Shown here one piece after another: positions 19,059 to 30,704 of a stretch of DNA of 64,000 bases. The notes beneath the pieces were generated by a model. That model saw only the letters and a program-made list of their open reading frames with translations. It had not been told where the DNA came from and made no database searches. The position numbers and the translations under genes were made by a program. The DNA comes from Dehalococcoidia bacterium (GTDB lineage Bacteria > Chloroflexota > Dehalococcoidia > Bin125). How positions within the stretch are numbered: the stretch's first letter is position 1; every line of letters begins with the position of its first letter. The stretch is from assembly GCA_963663895.2 (NCBI GenBank), contig CAXXRD010000001.1:1-64000 (forward strand), written 5' to 3'.

Positions 19059-19868
19059 TTAGGGTCGCGATCCGCCGCGCTCGCCGCCGCGGAGGCGCGA
19101 GTAGAGCCAGATCAAGTCGCGCGAGGCTTGGCTGATCGCTCCCACGGCAAGCGCGAATTGTTCGATCTGCTTCTCGTCGATAGTGAGAGCGTGCGTCGCG
19201 ATGCGGTGCCGCTTCTCTTCCAGCACCATTAGCGCCACTTGATCGGGATTCATGGAGCGGTCTGGCAGCCATTCCAGCGTGTTGGTCACGGTCGAGGATC
19301 GCTCCAAGCCATCGGCGAGCAGAAGCACCGCTTCTTGCTCCGCCTTGGTAGCGCGCTGCAGCCCCTTCACGACGGACGCCAGTGCAGCGCAGAGCTGGCG
19401 ATAGTCGCTCTCGGAGAGACCATCCCGAGCGGCATCGATGTCAGTGCGGGTGGGGAGGCCGATGTCGCGCAGGATCTGATCGGGGGAACGGCCCAGGATG
19501 GCGCGATTGAAGGCGGCGACGGAGCGCGTCGTGAGGCGGTGAGCCATGAAGCTCGCGAGGACGGGGGTCCTGTGCCGCGCGCGGAGGGCCGTGAACAGCG
19601 CGATGAGGCTGGCCACAGCGTCGAGATACTCCTCAACGATGCGTATGCCGAGGATCTTGCGGTGGTCGGGCGGTGCGAGAACCAACTCACGGAAGAGCGC
19701 TTCAGAGACGACGCGTGCCGCAGTGGCACCAAAGCGAGCGTAGTTCTCCAAAAAGGGAAGCTCGAGACCATCAAGGTAGGCGCGGAACTCGCGGTCGAGC
19801 GCGGTCTCGACGCTGGGATCGACGAGCGGGGACTGGGAAGCGTTGGGCGCGTGGGGGTTGGCCATCAT
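19059..19868 (-). CDS. Hypothetical protein (~269 aa, likely mostly helical)
   Basis: GAGGGAG RBS before ATGATG; GC3-rich coding pattern; co-oriented between mutM and the SDR; no motif recognised. Confidence 0.75.
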   Translation of the reverse strand: MMANPHAPNASQSPLVDPSVETALDREFRAYLDGLELPFLENYARFGATAARVVSEALFRELVLAPPDHRKILGIRIVEEYLDAVASLIALFTALRARHRTPVLASFMAHRLTTRSVAAFNRAILGRSPDQILRDIGLPTRTDIDAARDGLSESDYRQLCAALASVVKGLQRATKAEQEAVLLLADGLERSSTVTNTLEWLPDRSMNPDQVALMVLEEKRHRIATHALTIDEKQIEQFALAVGAISQASRDLIWLYSRLRGGERGGSRP

Positions 19869-19909
19869 GCGCGCTCCCTCACGCCGCAGTGTAGGCCGCG
19901 CGGGCGGCG

Positions 19910-20794
19910 TCAGGCGCGGGCGGTTGCCCGCGCGTCTTTGCGAATCCTCCGTCTTGGCTTGCGCCTCGCTTGGCGCGCGGGCTGGCATCGGGGACACCAG
20001 TGCGAGGCGCGCCCGCCGACGACGGTGCGTTGAATCGTGTCGCCGCAGCAGTCGCAGGGCTGGCCGGTGCGACGAAAAACGCGCACGAAGTGCTGCTGGT
20101 TGCCGTCCTTGCCATCGGCGTCCGTGTAGTCGCGAAACGAGGCGCCCCGGTGGGCAATCCCCTCGCGCAGCGTCTGCTCAATAGCGGCGTGAAGGCGGGC
20201 GCACTCCTCGGCGCGCAGCGATCCCGCGGGAACGGAGGGGTGGAGCCCGGCGAGAAAGAGCGACTCGTCCACGTAGATGTTTCCGAGGCCGGCGACACGG
20301 CGCTGATCGAGGAGGACGGACTTGAGAGGCGCTTGCCGCCCCGCCACCACGGTGGCGAGCATGTCCTCGGTGAAAGCGGGCGTGAGCGGCTCCGGGCCGA
20401 GCCTGTTGGTGACGGCGGCGACGTCGTCGACGACTTCGAAGGTGCCGAACTTGCGGATGTCCGTAAAGCGCAGCTCGGCGCCATCATCAAGGGGGACGAC
20501 GGCGCGGAGGAAGTCATCGGGCGGGGCGTCCTGGGCGCGGTGGCGCAGCGAGCCCGTCATGCGCAGATGCACGACCCAGCTAGCGCCGTCGTCGAGATGG
20601 AAGAGCAGATATTTTCCCGCGCGGCCCACGGCGTCGATACGGCGACCGCTGAGCCGGTCGCGCAATTGCTTTTGGGGCACGCCCAAGAGAAGGCGGCTGG
20701 CCCCACGTTTGACGTGGAGACCGGTGATACGCCGACCGATGACCTGTGGACCGAGGTCGCGGCGAATAGTCTCGACCTCAGGGAGCTCGGGCAT
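19910..20794 (-). CDS. mutM: Formamidopyrimidine-DNA glycosylase
   Basis: MPELPEVET, HLRMTG, GLGNIYVDESLF and a C-terminal zinc finger. Confidence 0.98.
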   Translation of the reverse strand: MPELPEVETIRRDLGPQVIGRRITGLHVKRGASRLLLGVPQKQLRDRLSGRRIDAVGRAGKYLLFHLDDGASWVVHLRMTGSLRHRAQDAPPDDFLRAVVPLDDGAELRFTDIRKFGTFEVVDDVAAVTNRLGPEPLTPAFTEDMLATVVAGRQAPLKSVLLDQRRVAGLGNIYVDESLFLAGLHPSVPAGSLRAEECARLHAAIEQTLREGIAHRGASFRDYTDADGKDGNQQHFVRVFRRTGQPCDCCGDTIQRTVVGGRASHWCPRCQPARQARRKPRRRIRKDARATARA

Positions 20795-20803
20795 GCCGGC
20801 AGG

Positions 20804-21670
20804 TTAAGGCTCGATGCCGCGGTAGGCGGTGGGGCCAGGAGCGTAAGCGTCGCGAAGAGTCTCTTCGGGGAAGAAGTCGGGGGGCACGTCTTCGGCAACG
20901 TGCTCGTACAGGGCCGCCTTAAAGATGCCCTCGAGCGTCGAGACGATCGCGAAGACGAGCCCGATCAGCGCGACGCCGGCGACGATCGCGGCGACCGGCG
21001 AGATGGCGGCCAGAGCCACGATCGGGATCGCCGCGAGGATGCCGGCAAGGATGTAGATGATCCCGAAGCCGAAGCTGGCGACGAGCTGCTCCCCCCAGGT
21101 GCGTTTGAAATAGCCGCCCGAGCGCTTGATGGCCTCGATCGGCCCCACTCCTTCGACGATCAAGACGGGCAGCACGAAGAAGGTCAGGTAGCCCCAAGCA
21201 GCGCCGACCAAGCCGATCAAAATGTCCGTGATGAAGCTGCGGCTCTGGCTGCGCGCGTACTGCAGCAGCAGCCAGACGATGGCGGCGATCAAAGTCCAAG
21301 CGAGCAGCTGCGGGAGGCGGCGGTTGACGGCGGCGAACCCCGTCCAGACGTTGGGGTCGCCCCCGCGCAGGCGATGCCGAGCGGCCGCGATCAAGGCGCC
21401 GTTGTTGTACATGACGATGAAGAAACCGAGATAGAGCGCGGCGAAGCCGATGATGAGGTCGCCCGCGTTAATCTCAGCCTGGCCCGAGCTGTCCAAGCGA
21501 TCGAATGTGCCGATCTGCGAGAAGATGCCGGCCGTTACCCCGGCGATGATGGCGACGCCGATCGCCGACATGATCGGAAAAAAGAGCAGCTCCTTGTCCT
21601 TCTGCAGGACACCCCAGGAGATCTTGATGAGGCTCCAAGTGTTGCCGAAGGTGCGAAACACGATGCCCAA
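20804..21670 (-). CDS. Multi-TM membrane protein (DUF6159-like)
   Basis: SWGVLQKDKELLFFP, FFVLPVLIVEG, AIKRS..FKRTWGE and ALYE motifs. Confidence 0.75.
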   Translation of the reverse strand: MGIVFRTFGNTWSLIKISWGVLQKDKELLFFPIMSAIGVAIIAGVTAGIFSQIGTFDRLDSSGQAEINAGDLIIGFAALYLGFFIVMYNNGALIAAARHRLRGGDPNVWTGFAAVNRRLPQLLAWTLIAAIVWLLLQYARSQSRSFITDILIGLVGAAWGYLTFFVLPVLIVEGVGPIEAIKRSGGYFKRTWGEQLVASFGFGIIYILAGILAAIPIVALAAISPVAAIVAGVALIGLVFAIVSTLEGIFKAALYEHVAEDVPPDFFPEETLRDAYAPGPTAYRGIEP

Positions 21671-21688
21671 ATCGTAGCACGCAAACGG

Positions 21689-24451
21689 TTAGGCCAAACG
21701 ATAGGGCTGCATGTCGCCCCAGTTGGAGCCGCTCTTGAGATCGATCTTGAGCGGGACGATCATCTCGATCGCGCTGGGCATGATCGCTTGCAGCAGCGCG
21801 GCGATCTCAGGCACTTCAGCCTCGGGGAGCTCAAAGATCAGTTCGTCATGGACGGACAGGATCATGCGGCAGGACGCTCTGCGCTCGGCGAGGGCAGCAG
21901 CGATCTGGAGCATGGCGCGCTTGATGACATCGGCGCCGGTGCCCTGCACGGGCATATTGACGGCGACGCGCTCGGCAGCGGCACGGACTTGAAAGTTGGG
22001 TGAGCGGATCTCGGGGACGTAACGTCGCCGGCCAAGCAGGGTCTCAGCGTAGCCGCGCGCTCTGGTAGAAATCTTGGTCTCCTCCAGCCATTCGGCCACG
22101 CGCGCGAAGCGGCCGAAATACGCGTCGATGAAGCCGCGGGCCTCCTTGCGACCCATGCCAGAACGCTGGGCAAGGCCGAAGTCGGTGAGACCGTAGATCA
22201 CGCCGAAGTTCATCATCTTGGCGATCCGGCGCATCTCCGGAGTGACGGCTGCCGGGTCGACACCGTACGTGGCAGCGGCAGTCGCAGCGTGGATGTCCTC
22301 GTCGCGACGGAAGGCTTCGATCAGGTGCGCGTCCTCAGAGAGATGGGCGAGCACGCGCAGCTCGATCTGGGAGTAATCGGCGGCGAGAAAGATCGCATCA
22401 TCGCTATTTCGAGGGACAAAGGCGCGACGGATGGCGCGGCCGGTCTCCGTGCGAACGGGAATGTTCTGGAGGTTGGGATTCTCCGACGAGAGCCGCCCCG
22501 TGGCAGCGACCGCCTGGTTGTAGTCGGTGTGGATGCGGGCGGTGATGGGGTGAACAAGTGCGGGGAGCGTATCAATGTAGGTCGACTTGAGTTTGCTGAC
22601 CTCGCGGTATTGCAGGATCTGTTCGACGATTGGATGGAGGCCGATCAGCCGTTCGAGGGCACGCGCGTCGGTGCTGTAGCCATGCGTAACCTTTCGGCTC
22701 TTCGGCAGCCCCAGCTCCTTGAAGAGGATCTGACTGAGCTGCTTGGGCGATCCGATGTTGAACTCGTGGCCAGCGGATTGGTATATGGCCCGCTGGTACT
22801 GGTCGATCTCTTTCTCCAGCTCCGCAGCCATCGCTCTGATCGCGTCGCTATCCAGGGCAACGCCCAGCAGCTCCATCTCCGCCAACACGGCGCTGAGCGG
22901 CAGCTCGATCTCGGTATAAAGCCGACGAATCTGCGGCTCCTCGTCGAAGCGCGAGGCGCAGTCCGCTTGAAGACGGAGGATGAAATCGGCGTCCCTGCAG
23001 CCGTACTCCGCCGCCGCCTCTGCAGGCGCGTCGCAGAGGGAGATCTGCTTCTGGCCGGTGCCGAGAAGGTTCGTCAGCGGGGGAATCTCGTGCGCGAAAC
23101 GCTCCAGCACCAGCGCGCGCAGGGTCACCGAGGGCTCCCCTAAGAGGTAGGCGCCCAGCATGGTGTCGTCCTGGACGCCCCGCAGCGTGACACCGCGCCG
23201 TTGCAGGAGCTTGGTAGCGAATTTGGCGTTGTGCAGCACCTTAGGGCGCGACGCGTCCTCGAATAACGGCCTGAGGAGATCGAGTGCGTCCCCCGGGGCG
23301 AGCTGGGGCTCACCGTCAGGAGCGTGGGCGACGGGGACGTAGACGGCTTTGCCGGGCCGATCCGCCAGCGCAAAGCCGGCGACTTCGGCCCGCATCACAT
23401 CCTCGCCGGCCGCGGCGACACTCACGGCGATCAGGGGCGCGCTGGCGGTGGCATCGAGCCAAGCCCGCAGCTCCTCAGCTGTGCGAAGCACCTCGTAGTC
23501 GTGGTCGATGGCGGCTTCCTCGCCGCTACGCGGTGCGGCGCCTTTTCGGGGACCGGCCTCTGGCAGGCGATTGATGAGGCTGCGGAATTCGAGGTTGCGG
23601 AAGAGCTCGACGACGGTGCCGCGGTCGTAGTCCTGCAGCTCGGCGCCATCGATGTCGATCTCTACGGGCACGTCGTGGCGGATGGTCGCCATCTCTTTCG
23701 AGTGGAAGGCGGCAGCGCGATTTTCGGTCAGGGCTTTCTGCGCCCGCGCCGGCGTCACTTCGTCGAGGTGGTCGTAGATCGCTTCGATCGTGGGGTACTG
23801 ATTCAAAAGTTTGACGGCGGTCTTCTCGCCGATACCCGGAACGCCGGGGATGTTGTCCGAAGCATCGCCCTTGAGGCCCTTGAAGTCGATCATTTGCGGC
23901 GGGTCGATGCCGTAGCGATCACGGACACGCTCCGCACTGTCGTAGAGCACCGTGTCGCGTTGGTACGGCCGATACATGAACACATTGATACCGGGGCGGA
24001 CGAGTTGGAGGAGATCACTGTCGAGGGTGGCGATCCAGGTCTCGATACCGGCCGCCACGCTCTGATCGGCGAGGGTGGCGAGCACGTCGTCCGCCTCGAA
24101 ACCAGGGACCTCGTAGATCGGAATGTTGAACGCCTTGATAACGTCGATGGTCCGCTCGATCTGGGGGGGGAGATCGTCTGGGGTCTCTTCGCGGTGCGCC
24201 TTATAGGTCGCGTCGGCTTCGTGGCGGAAGGTGGGGCCCGGCGGGTCCATGGCCACGGCGATGTGCGTCGGGTGGAGCTCATCAATGACGCGCAGGAGTG
24301 TGTTGGTAAAGCCGTAGACCGCCGTAACGGTTTCCCCCGTACGCTGGACGATCAGTGGCTCGCGGACGGCGAAGTAGGCCCGGTAGATGATGCCGTGGCC
24401 ATCCAGGATGACAAGCCTGTCCGCGTTCGGCTTCTTAGAAGCCAGCACCAT
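21689..24451 (-). CDS. polA: DNA polymerase I
   Basis: 5'-3' exonuclease domain ([17 protein letters not shown]); polymerase motifs [19 protein letters not shown] and VHDEL. Confidence 0.98.
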   Translation of the reverse strand: MVLASKKPNADRLVILDGHGIIYRAYFAVREPLIVQRTGETVTAVYGFTNTLLRVIDELHPTHIAVAMDPPGPTFRHEADATYKAHREETPDDLPPQIERTIDVIKAFNIPIYEVPGFEADDVLATLADQSVAAGIETWIATLDSDLLQLVRPGINVFMYRPYQRDTVLYDSAERVRDRYGIDPPQMIDFKGLKGDASDNIPGVPGIGEKTAVKLLNQYPTIEAIYDHLDEVTPARAQKALTENRAAAFHSKEMATIRHDVPVEIDIDGAELQDYDRGTVVELFRNLEFRSLINRLPEAGPRKGAAPRSGEEAAIDHDYEVLRTAEELRAWLDATASAPLIAVSVAAAGEDVMRAEVAGFALADRPGKAVYVPVAHAPDGEPQLAPGDALDLLRPLFEDASRPKVLHNAKFATKLLQRRGVTLRGVQDDTMLGAYLLGEPSVTLRALVLERFAHEIPPLTNLLGTGQKQISLCDAPAEAAAEYGCRDADFILRLQADCASRFDEEPQIRRLYTEIELPLSAVLAEMELLGVALDSDAIRAMAAELEKEIDQYQRAIYQSAGHEFNIGSPKQLSQILFKELGLPKSRKVTHGYSTDARALERLIGLHPIVEQILQYREVSKLKSTYIDTLPALVHPITARIHTDYNQAVAATGRLSSENPNLQNIPVRTETGRAIRRAFVPRNSDDAIFLAADYSQIELRVLAHLSEDAHLIEAFRRDEDIHAATAAATYGVDPAAVTPEMRRIAKMMNFGVIYGLTDFGLAQRSGMGRKEARGFIDAYFGRFARVAEWLEETKISTRARGYAETLLGRRRYVPEIRSPNFQVRAAAERVAVNMPVQGTGADVIKRAMLQIAAALAERRASCRMILSVHDELIFELPEAEVPEIAALLQAIMPSAIEMIVPLKIDLKSGSNWGDMQPYRLA

Positions 24452-24684
24452 CGCCGCCGACTCTTTCGAGGCCGCATTGCCGCCCATGGAAGGCTGGTGG
24501 CTTGCGGCGGAAGGCCTTCGCCGTGGTGGTACGCGCTGTCGCGGGCTTGACGGAGGTCACGCGCGAAGTATACGGGCAGGCGGGAGGCCCGCGTCGCGCG
24601 CCTGTATTCGGCCGAGCGCGACAGAGGCCGACCGCAAGGCAATGGTAGGCTCGTGTTCTGAGACGGCATTCGCCGGGTGAAGGA

Positions 24685-27600
24685 GTGTCTGTGCCGCTGG
24701 ACCGGATCGTCGTTCGCGGCGCGCGCGAGCACAATCTCAAGAACATTGATGTCACGATCCCGCGCAACCAACTCGTGGTGATCACGGGCGTCTCGGGATC
24801 TGGTAAGTCCTCGCTGGCATTCGACACGATCTACGCGGAAGGGCAACGGCGCTACGTCGAGTCGCTCTCGGCGTACGCGCGGCAGTTCCTGGGACAGATG
24901 GAGAAGCCCGACGTCGACTACATTGAAGGGTTGTCCCCCGCGATCTCGATCGACCAGAAGTCGCGCAGTCACAATCCCCGCTCCACGGTCGGCACCGTCA
25001 CAGAGATTTATGACTACTTACGGCTGCTGTTCGCACGTGCCGGGCAACCGCACTGCCCCAAGTGCGGTAAGCCGATCACCCGCCAGACGGTCCAGCAGAT
25101 GGTCGACAGCATCCTGGATCTGACGCCCGGCAGTCGCCTCTTGGTGCTCGCCCCCGTCATCAAAGACCGCAAGGGGGAGCATGCTCAGGTCTTCACAAGC
25201 GCTCGCCAAAGCGGGTTCGTCCGTGTGCGGGTCGACGGGGAGGTGCGATCGCTAGACGAGGAGATCTCCCTGGCGAAGAACCGCCGCCACACGATCGATA
25301 TCGTGGTCGATCGTGTCGTGCTACCGGTGGTGGAGAACGAGGAAGCGCGTACGGCGCTCGCCGGACGCTTGACGGACAGCGTCGAGCAGGCATTGAAGCT
25401 GGGGGGCGGCTCGCTGCAGGTCGCAGCGGTGGGAGGTACGGAGCAGCTCTTTTCGGAGGCGCTCGCCTGCCCCGAGGATGGCTACTCGCTCGGCGAGATC
25501 GCGCCGCGGAATTTCTCCTTCAATAGCCCGCACGGCGCTTGTCGCGATTGCACCGGTCTGGGGCAAAAGATGGAGGTTGACCCCGAACTGGTCATCCCGA
25601 ACCCCGACCTCTCGCTCAGCGAGGGTGCGATCGTGCCCTGGACGCGGGCAGCAACGACCACAGCTTGGTACAGCCGACTGTTGGAGGCGGTCGGCGAGGC
25701 GTACGGCTTCGACTCGAAGACCCCGATCGCCGAGCTGTCCGCCGACGCGCTCGATATAATCCTGTACGGCTCCGACGAAGAGATCGAGGTGCGCTACCGA
25801 AGTCAGGCGGGCCGCAGCCATCGCTATAAGACGGCCTACGAGGGCGTGGTGCCCAACCTCATGCGCCGGTATGGGGGGACCGATTCCGAGTGGCAGCGGA
25901 GCGAGATCGAGCGCTACATGACCGCAGTGCCGTGCCCGGCCTGCCAGGGAGCGCGTCTGCGGCCCGAGACGCTCGCAGTTCTCATTGACGGGATCAACAT
26001 CACGGACGTGACGGCGCTGTCCGTCCGTCAGTCGCAAGCCTGGGCGGAGCGGATGGCGAGTGCAGACACCCCGCTCAACGCGCGCGAACAACTGATCGCA
26101 CGGCAGATCCTCAAAGAGATTCGCGAGCGACTGACGTTTCTCGTCGACGTGGGGCTAGATTACCTAACGCTCGACCGCGCCGCCGGCACACTGAGCGGCG
26201 GCGAGTCGCAGCGTATCCGGCTGGCGACGCAGATTGGATCATCGCTGTTGGGAGTGCTCTACGTCTGCGACGAACCGTCGATCGGCCTGCACCCGCTGGA
26301 CGACGACCGATTAATTCGCACACTCCAACGCCTGCGTGACGTCGGCAACACGGTGCTGATCGTCGAACACGACGAGGCAACGATGCTGGCCGCGGACCAT
26401 ATCATCGACATGGGCCCGGGCGCTGGGGAGCATGGGGGCGAAATCGTCGCGGAGGGCACGCCCGATCAGATCATGGCGCACCCCCAGTCGCTGACGGGTG
26501 CCTACCTGGCGCAACGTGAGCAGATCCCCTTACCGGCATCGCGCCGGCAGGGCAACGGCCAAACACTGAAAGTGCTCGGGGCAGCGGAGCACAACCTCCA
26601 AGAGATCGACGTGACGCTCCCATTGGGCACGTTCATCTGTGTGACTGGTGTGAGCGGATCGGGCAAGAGCACGCTCGTCGAGGCGATCTTGTATCGGAAG
26701 GTGGCGCAATACCTGCACAACTCCAAGCTGCGTCCCGGCAAGGTCCGCAAGATCGAAGGTCTGCGGCATATCGACAAGATCATCGATATCGACCAATCGC
26801 CGATCGGACGGACGCCGAGGTCGAATCCAGCGACCTACACAGGCGTGTTCACGCCGGTGCGAGAGCTGTTCGCATCGGTCCCGGAGTCGCGGGCGCGCGG
26901 CTACAAGCCGGGGCGCTTCTCGTTCAATGTCAAGGGCGGGCGCTGCGAAGCCTGCCGGGGGGATGGCTACAACACGATCGAGATGCAGTTCCTCCCCGAT
27001 GTGAGCGTGCCGTGCGAGATCTGCCGGGGGAAGCGCTATAACCGCGAGGCGCTGGAGATCCTGTACAAGGGCAAGTCGATCGCCGACATCCTCGACATGA
27101 CCGTCGACGAGGCGGCGGAGTTCTTTGACGCACTGCCGGCAATCCGGCGTCGGTTAAGGACGATCCAGGCCGTGGGGCTCGGCTATATCAGACTGGGGCA
27201 ACCGGCGACCACGTTGTCCGGAGGTGAAGCGCAGCGGGTCAAGCTCAGCACGGAGCTCTCGAAGCGCAACACCGGCAGGACCCTCTACTTGCTGGACGAG
27301 CCCACGACCGGACTGTCGTTCCACGACACGGCGGCGCTTTTGCGAGTCCTGCAAGAGTTAGCCGACGGGGGAAACACCGTCGTGGTCATTGAGCACCACT
27401 TGGACGTGATCAAGAACGCCGACTACATCATTGATCTCGGGCCGGGCGGAGGAGCGAACGGCGGGCGCTTGGTCGCGACGGGTACACCCGAAGCGATCGC
27501 AGCAAACCCAAACAGCCACACCGGGCGATTCTTAGCAGCGAAGCTGGGAAGGTCGGGAGGAGACGCAACGATGGAAGCGAGCGGCGCCGCGCTGGACGAC

Positions 27601-27696
27601 CGGTTATCCGAGCGCGGGAACGGCCATTCGCGGGTGCGCCAAGGACGGCAGCAAGGCGAGAAGCGTGAGCCCAAGCAGCGAGTCCGAGCGACCTAA
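24685..27696 (+). CDS. uvrA: Excinuclease ABC subunit A
   Basis: Two GVSGSGKS Walker A motifs, LSGGE signatures and zinc fingers. Confidence 0.98.
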   Translation: MSVPLDRIVVRGAREHNLKNIDVTIPRNQLVVITGVSGSGKSSLAFDTIYAEGQRRYVESLSAYARQFLGQMEKPDVDYIEGLSPAISIDQKSRSHNPRSTVGTVTEIYDYLRLLFARAGQPHCPKCGKPITRQTVQQMVDSILDLTPGSRLLVLAPVIKDRKGEHAQVFTSARQSGFVRVRVDGEVRSLDEEISLAKNRRHTIDIVVDRVVLPVVENEEARTALAGRLTDSVEQALKLGGGSLQVAAVGGTEQLFSEALACPEDGYSLGEIAPRNFSFNSPHGACRDCTGLGQKMEVDPELVIPNPDLSLSEGAIVPWTRAATTTAWYSRLLEAVGEAYGFDSKTPIAELSADALDIILYGSDEEIEVRYRSQAGRSHRYKTAYEGVVPNLMRRYGGTDSEWQRSEIERYMTAVPCPACQGARLRPETLAVLIDGINITDVTALSVRQSQAWAERMASADTPLNAREQLIARQILKEIRERLTFLVDVGLDYLTLDRAAGTLSGGESQRIRLATQIGSSLLGVLYVCDEPSIGLHPLDDDRLIRTLQRLRDVGNTVLIVEHDEATMLAADHIIDMGPGAGEHGGEIVAEGTPDQIMAHPQSLTGAYLAQREQIPLPASRRQGNGQTLKVLGAAEHNLQEIDVTLPLGTFICVTGVSGSGKSTLVEAILYRKVAQYLHNSKLRPGKVRKIEGLRHIDKIIDIDQSPIGRTPRSNPATYTGVFTPVRELFASVPESRARGYKPGRFSFNVKGGRCEACRGDGYNTIEMQFLPDVSVPCEICRGKRYNREALEILYKGKSIADILDMTVDEAAEFFDALPAIRRRLRTIQAVGLGYIRLGQPATTLSGGEAQRVKLSTELSKRNTGRTLYLLDEPTTGLSFHDTAALLRVLQELADGGNTVVVIEHHLDVIKNADYIIDLGPGGGANGGRLVATGTPEAIAANPNSHTGRFLAAKLGRSGGDATMEASGAALDDRLSERGNGHSRVRQGRQQGEKREPKQRVRAT

Positions 27697-28002
27697 GCCG
27701 GCGAGCGACTAAGGAGTGAACGCCCGGCGCCGCGAGCATCTACCCGACGATCCAAGCTCGTCGTGCGCGGCCAGGAACGAGGAAGGCCTCCAAACCCCTG
27801 CGCTTTTCGTGGCGGAGAGCGGAGGCGCCATCTCCGTTTCCCATGCGCCCGAGCAGCGCTGATCGCCCACGCGCCGCCGCCGAATTTAACATTCGAGGAG
27901 ACCACACTACGACAGTTGCCTAGACAATGGCCCGGGTATATAAGAGGGAACGGAGCCGGTCAAACCCCGGACGGGAGCGACGTTCGGGAGCGGGGAGAAA
28001 CT

Positions 28003-28287
28003 ATGACGTACGTCATCACCGAGCCATGTATCGATGTGAAGGACCAGTCCTGCGTAGAGGTATGCCCCGTTGACTGCATCCACGACGATGGCGACGACGA
28101 TCGGATCCTCTACATCCATCCGGATGAGTGCATCGACTGCGGCGCTTGCGAGCCCGCTTGCCCCGTGACGGCGATCTTCGCTGAGGATGACGTCCCCGAA
28201 GAATGGGCCGCCTACACGGCGATCAATGCTGATTGGTACGAGGACAAGGACGGTGCCCGCGCCAAGGTCGTGGAGATCGCCCCTTAG
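28003..28287 (+). CDS. 7Fe-type (FdxA-like) ferredoxin
   Basis: MTYVITEPCIDVKDQSCVEVCPVDCI and CIDCGACEPACP; GGGGAG RBS. Confidence 0.95.
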   Translation: MTYVITEPCIDVKDQSCVEVCPVDCIHDDGDDDRILYIHPDECIDCGACEPACPVTAIFAEDDVPEEWAAYTAINADWYEDKDGARAKVVEIAP

Positions 28288-28304
28288 CAATCCACCCCTC
28301 TACG

Positions 28305-29105
28305 CTAACCTCCGACCCGCTTTCTTAGCGGCGTTCCGCTACTCCCCAACGGCGCCCGCACCCAGCGGACGCCGGTTTCTGGATCGCAGTCCACGACGAT
28401 AGCCGCCGTCTCGAACTCTCGCCGAGCGAGCGGTACCGGTGCGCCCGAATACACCGCGACCACCGGCTCACTAGCCACGTCGGCATGGTGTTCCCAGTGT
28501 CCGAGCGCGACGTAGTCCCAGCCACTCCTATCGATCTGCCTCGGCTCGATCAGCATGGAACGGTGGGCATCGCCCGGACCGCGAACGAGGTGGCCGTGCG
28601 CAAGCACAACATGCCATGAGGCCGAATCCTCACGGACGGGCAGGCCGTCCAGGGGACGGAAGTCCAGATCCGACTCGTGGAATCCTCGGCCCCAGCAAAC
28701 CAACCCCAGCTCTGGCAAGATGCACGTCTCACCTTCTTCTTCCAAGAGGAACGTGAGATTTTCGACGCCCGCCGGATCGTGGCGCGTATAAACGGAACCA
28801 TCTCCCAAGGCATCGTGGTTGCCGTTGATCGCGACCACCGCCGTTGGCGCAATGGCAGCGCAGCGATCAAAAAACCACTCCACCGTTTCGGCCTGGGCAC
28901 GGTTGGAGTCGAAGATGTCTCCAGCGATGAGCAGCGCGTCTGCCTTCGCACCTTGCGTCAGGGACAGGACGGCTTCGAAACCCGCACGGATTTGCGCGCG
29001 CCGATCGACCCAGATGGGATCATCGACGCCGACATAGGCGTCGATGTGCAGGTCGGAAGTATGGACGAAGCGGAGTGGCCGCTGCGGCATGAGAGAAGCT
29101 AGCAC
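28305..29105 (-). CDS. SbcD/Mre11-like metallophosphoesterase
   Basis: HTSDLH, AGDIFD, GNHD, AHG and DYVALGHWE motifs. Confidence 0.88.
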   Translation of the reverse strand: MLASLMPQRPLRFVHTSDLHIDAYVGVDDPIWVDRRAQIRAGFEAVLSLTQGAKADALLIAGDIFDSNRAQAETVEWFFDRCAAIAPTAVVAINGNHDALGDGSVYTRHDPAGVENLTFLLEEEGETCILPELGLVCWGRGFHESDLDFRPLDGLPVREDSASWHVVLAHGHLVRGPGDAHRSMLIEPRQIDRSGWDYVALGHWEHHADVASEPVVAVYSGAPVPLARREFETAAIVVDCDPETGVRWVRAPLGSSGTPLRKRVGG

Positions 29106-30451
29106 TCCAAGCGCGTACGCAGCGCATCGACCAGATCCTCTACCCGCACGCGCTCCTGTACCTGATCATCGCGATCACGGATCGTGACTGCGTGGTCATC
29201 AAGGGAATCAAAGTCGACCGTGACGCAGCAAGGGGTGCCGAGCTCGTCCTGACGCCGGTAGCGGCGGCCGATGCTCTGGCTGTCGTCATACTGCGTAGCC
29301 CAGTGGGAGCGCACGTGACCCCAGACGTCGTGTGCCATCTCGACTAAGGGCTGCTTACGGCTAAGCGGCAGCACCGCAACTTTGTAAGGCGCCAGTCGCG
29401 GGTGAAGTTTGAGGACGACGCGATCATTGCCGTTTTCATCTGGTTCGACCGTGTAAGCGTCGACCAGAAAGGCGAGCAAGGCTCGATCGGCACCGGCGGA
29501 TGGCTCGATCACGTAGGGGACGACATGCCGACCGCTCTCTTGATCGAAGTAGGAGAGCCGCTGGCCGCTGGCTTCGGCATGGGCCTTGAGATCGAAGTCG
29601 GTGCGGTTGGCGATCCCTTCGAGCTCGGCCCATCCTTGGGGGAAGCGGTATTCCAGGTCCGTGGTGCCGGCGGAGTAGTGAGAAAGCTCTTCCTGGGGAT
29701 GGGCGCGCCGACGGAGGTTCTCGGCGCGCAGACCAAGCTCCACGTACCACTGCTCGCGAATCTCGATCCAGCGCGCGTACCACTCGGCAGCCGTATCCGG
29801 ATAGACGAAGAACTCGATCTCCATCTGCTCGAACTCGCGCGTACGAAAGATGAAGTTTCCGGGCGTGATCTCGTTTCGGAAAGCCTTACCTTGCTGCGCG
29901 ATGCCGAAGGGGAGCCGCCGACGAGTCGCCGTCAGCACATTGCCAAAGTTGACGAAGATCCCCTGGGCCGTCTCAGGACGCAGATAGGCCAACGCACCCT
30001 CGTCCTCCACAGGGCCAACATGTGTCTTGAACATCAGGTTGAACTGCCGGGCACTGGTGAAGCCTTCGTTCGAACCACAGGCCGGACAAACGTCTTGCTG
30101 TAGTTCGTCTTCACGAAAGCGTTGCTTACAGATCAGGCAGTCGACCAAGGGATCACTGAAACTCGCGACGTGGCCGCTGGTCTCCCAGACGCTTGGCGAC
30201 ATCAGAATGGCCGCATCCAAGCCGACGATGTCATCACGCTGGCGGACCATGCTGCGCCACCAGGCATCCTTCACATTGCGCTTGAGTTCAACGCCCACGG
30301 GGCCGTAATCCCAAGTGGATCCGAAGCCCCCGTAGATCTCGCTGCTCGGGAAGATGAAGCCCCGGCGCTTGGCTAGCGAGACGATCGCCTCCATCTTGAC
30401 GGGAGCAGGCGTATCAGTGGTCACCCGTAACGGCCTCCGCTCGGTGCTCAC
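29099..30451 (-). CDS. glyQS: Glycine--tRNA ligase, homodimeric (alpha2) type
   Basis: EIYGG, LRPETAQGIF, FRNEITP, REFEQME and SIGRRYRRQDE motifs. Confidence 0.97.
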   Translation of the reverse strand: MSTERRPLRVTTDTPAPVKMEAIVSLAKRRGFIFPSSEIYGGFGSTWDYGPVGVELKRNVKDAWWRSMVRQRDDIVGLDAAILMSPSVWETSGHVASFSDPLVDCLICKQRFREDELQQDVCPACGSNEGFTSARQFNLMFKTHVGPVEDEGALAYLRPETAQGIFVNFGNVLTATRRRLPFGIAQQGKAFRNEITPGNFIFRTREFEQMEIEFFVYPDTAAEWYARWIEIREQWYVELGLRAENLRRRAHPQEELSHYSAGTTDLEYRFPQGWAELEGIANRTDFDLKAHAEASGQRLSYFDQESGRHVVPYVIEPSAGADRALLAFLVDAYTVEPDENGNDRVVLKLHPRLAPYKVAVLPLSRKQPLVEMAHDVWGHVRSHWATQYDDSQSIGRRYRRQDELGTPCCVTVDFDSLDDHAVTIRDRDDQVQERVRVEDLVDALRTRLEC

Positions 30452-30563
30452 TCCACGCTATCAGCGGCCCGATCGTCCGGGCAATTATTCGAGAGGCAGC
30501 GGGGGCGTTGACCGGGATGGCGACCCTGAGTAGGTTGCGAGGCGCGGCGTGAACGGAGAGCAG

Positions 30564-30704
30564 ATGCGGTTCCTGATCGGATTCGTGCTCGGGGTGGCAC
30601 TCGGCGCTGTGGTCGTGACACTGGCGACGGGGCAAGCAGGCGCCCTGTTGCGCGCACAGCTCGCGCAGCAGCGCGCGGAATGGGCGCTGTTCGACGAATC
30701 CTGA
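30564..30704 (+). CDS. Small single-TM protein, 46 aa, YtxH-like N-terminus (not in ORF track)
   Basis: MRFLIGFVLGVALGAVVVTLATGQAGALLRAQLAQQRAEWALFDES; GGAGAG RBS. Confidence 0.7.
   Translation: MRFLIGFVLGVALGAVVVTLATGQAGALLRAQLAQQRAEWALFDES

Noticed and set aside
23100-23500. PolA 3'-5' exonuclease domain lacking the catalytic DxE
   Set aside because: Real but common in many bacterial PolA proteins.
24640-24665. LexA box upstream of uvrA
   Set aside because: Only a GTTC half-site is present.
27697-28002. Small ORF or sRNA between uvrA and the ferredoxin, and the 174-aa extended ferredoxin ORF
   Set aside because: No well-spaced RBS or clear structure; ferredoxin homology starts at ATG 28003.
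30452-30563. T-box or glycine riboswitch upstream of glyQS
   Set aside because: No T-box antiterminator bulge (UGGNACC) or glycine aptamer core found.
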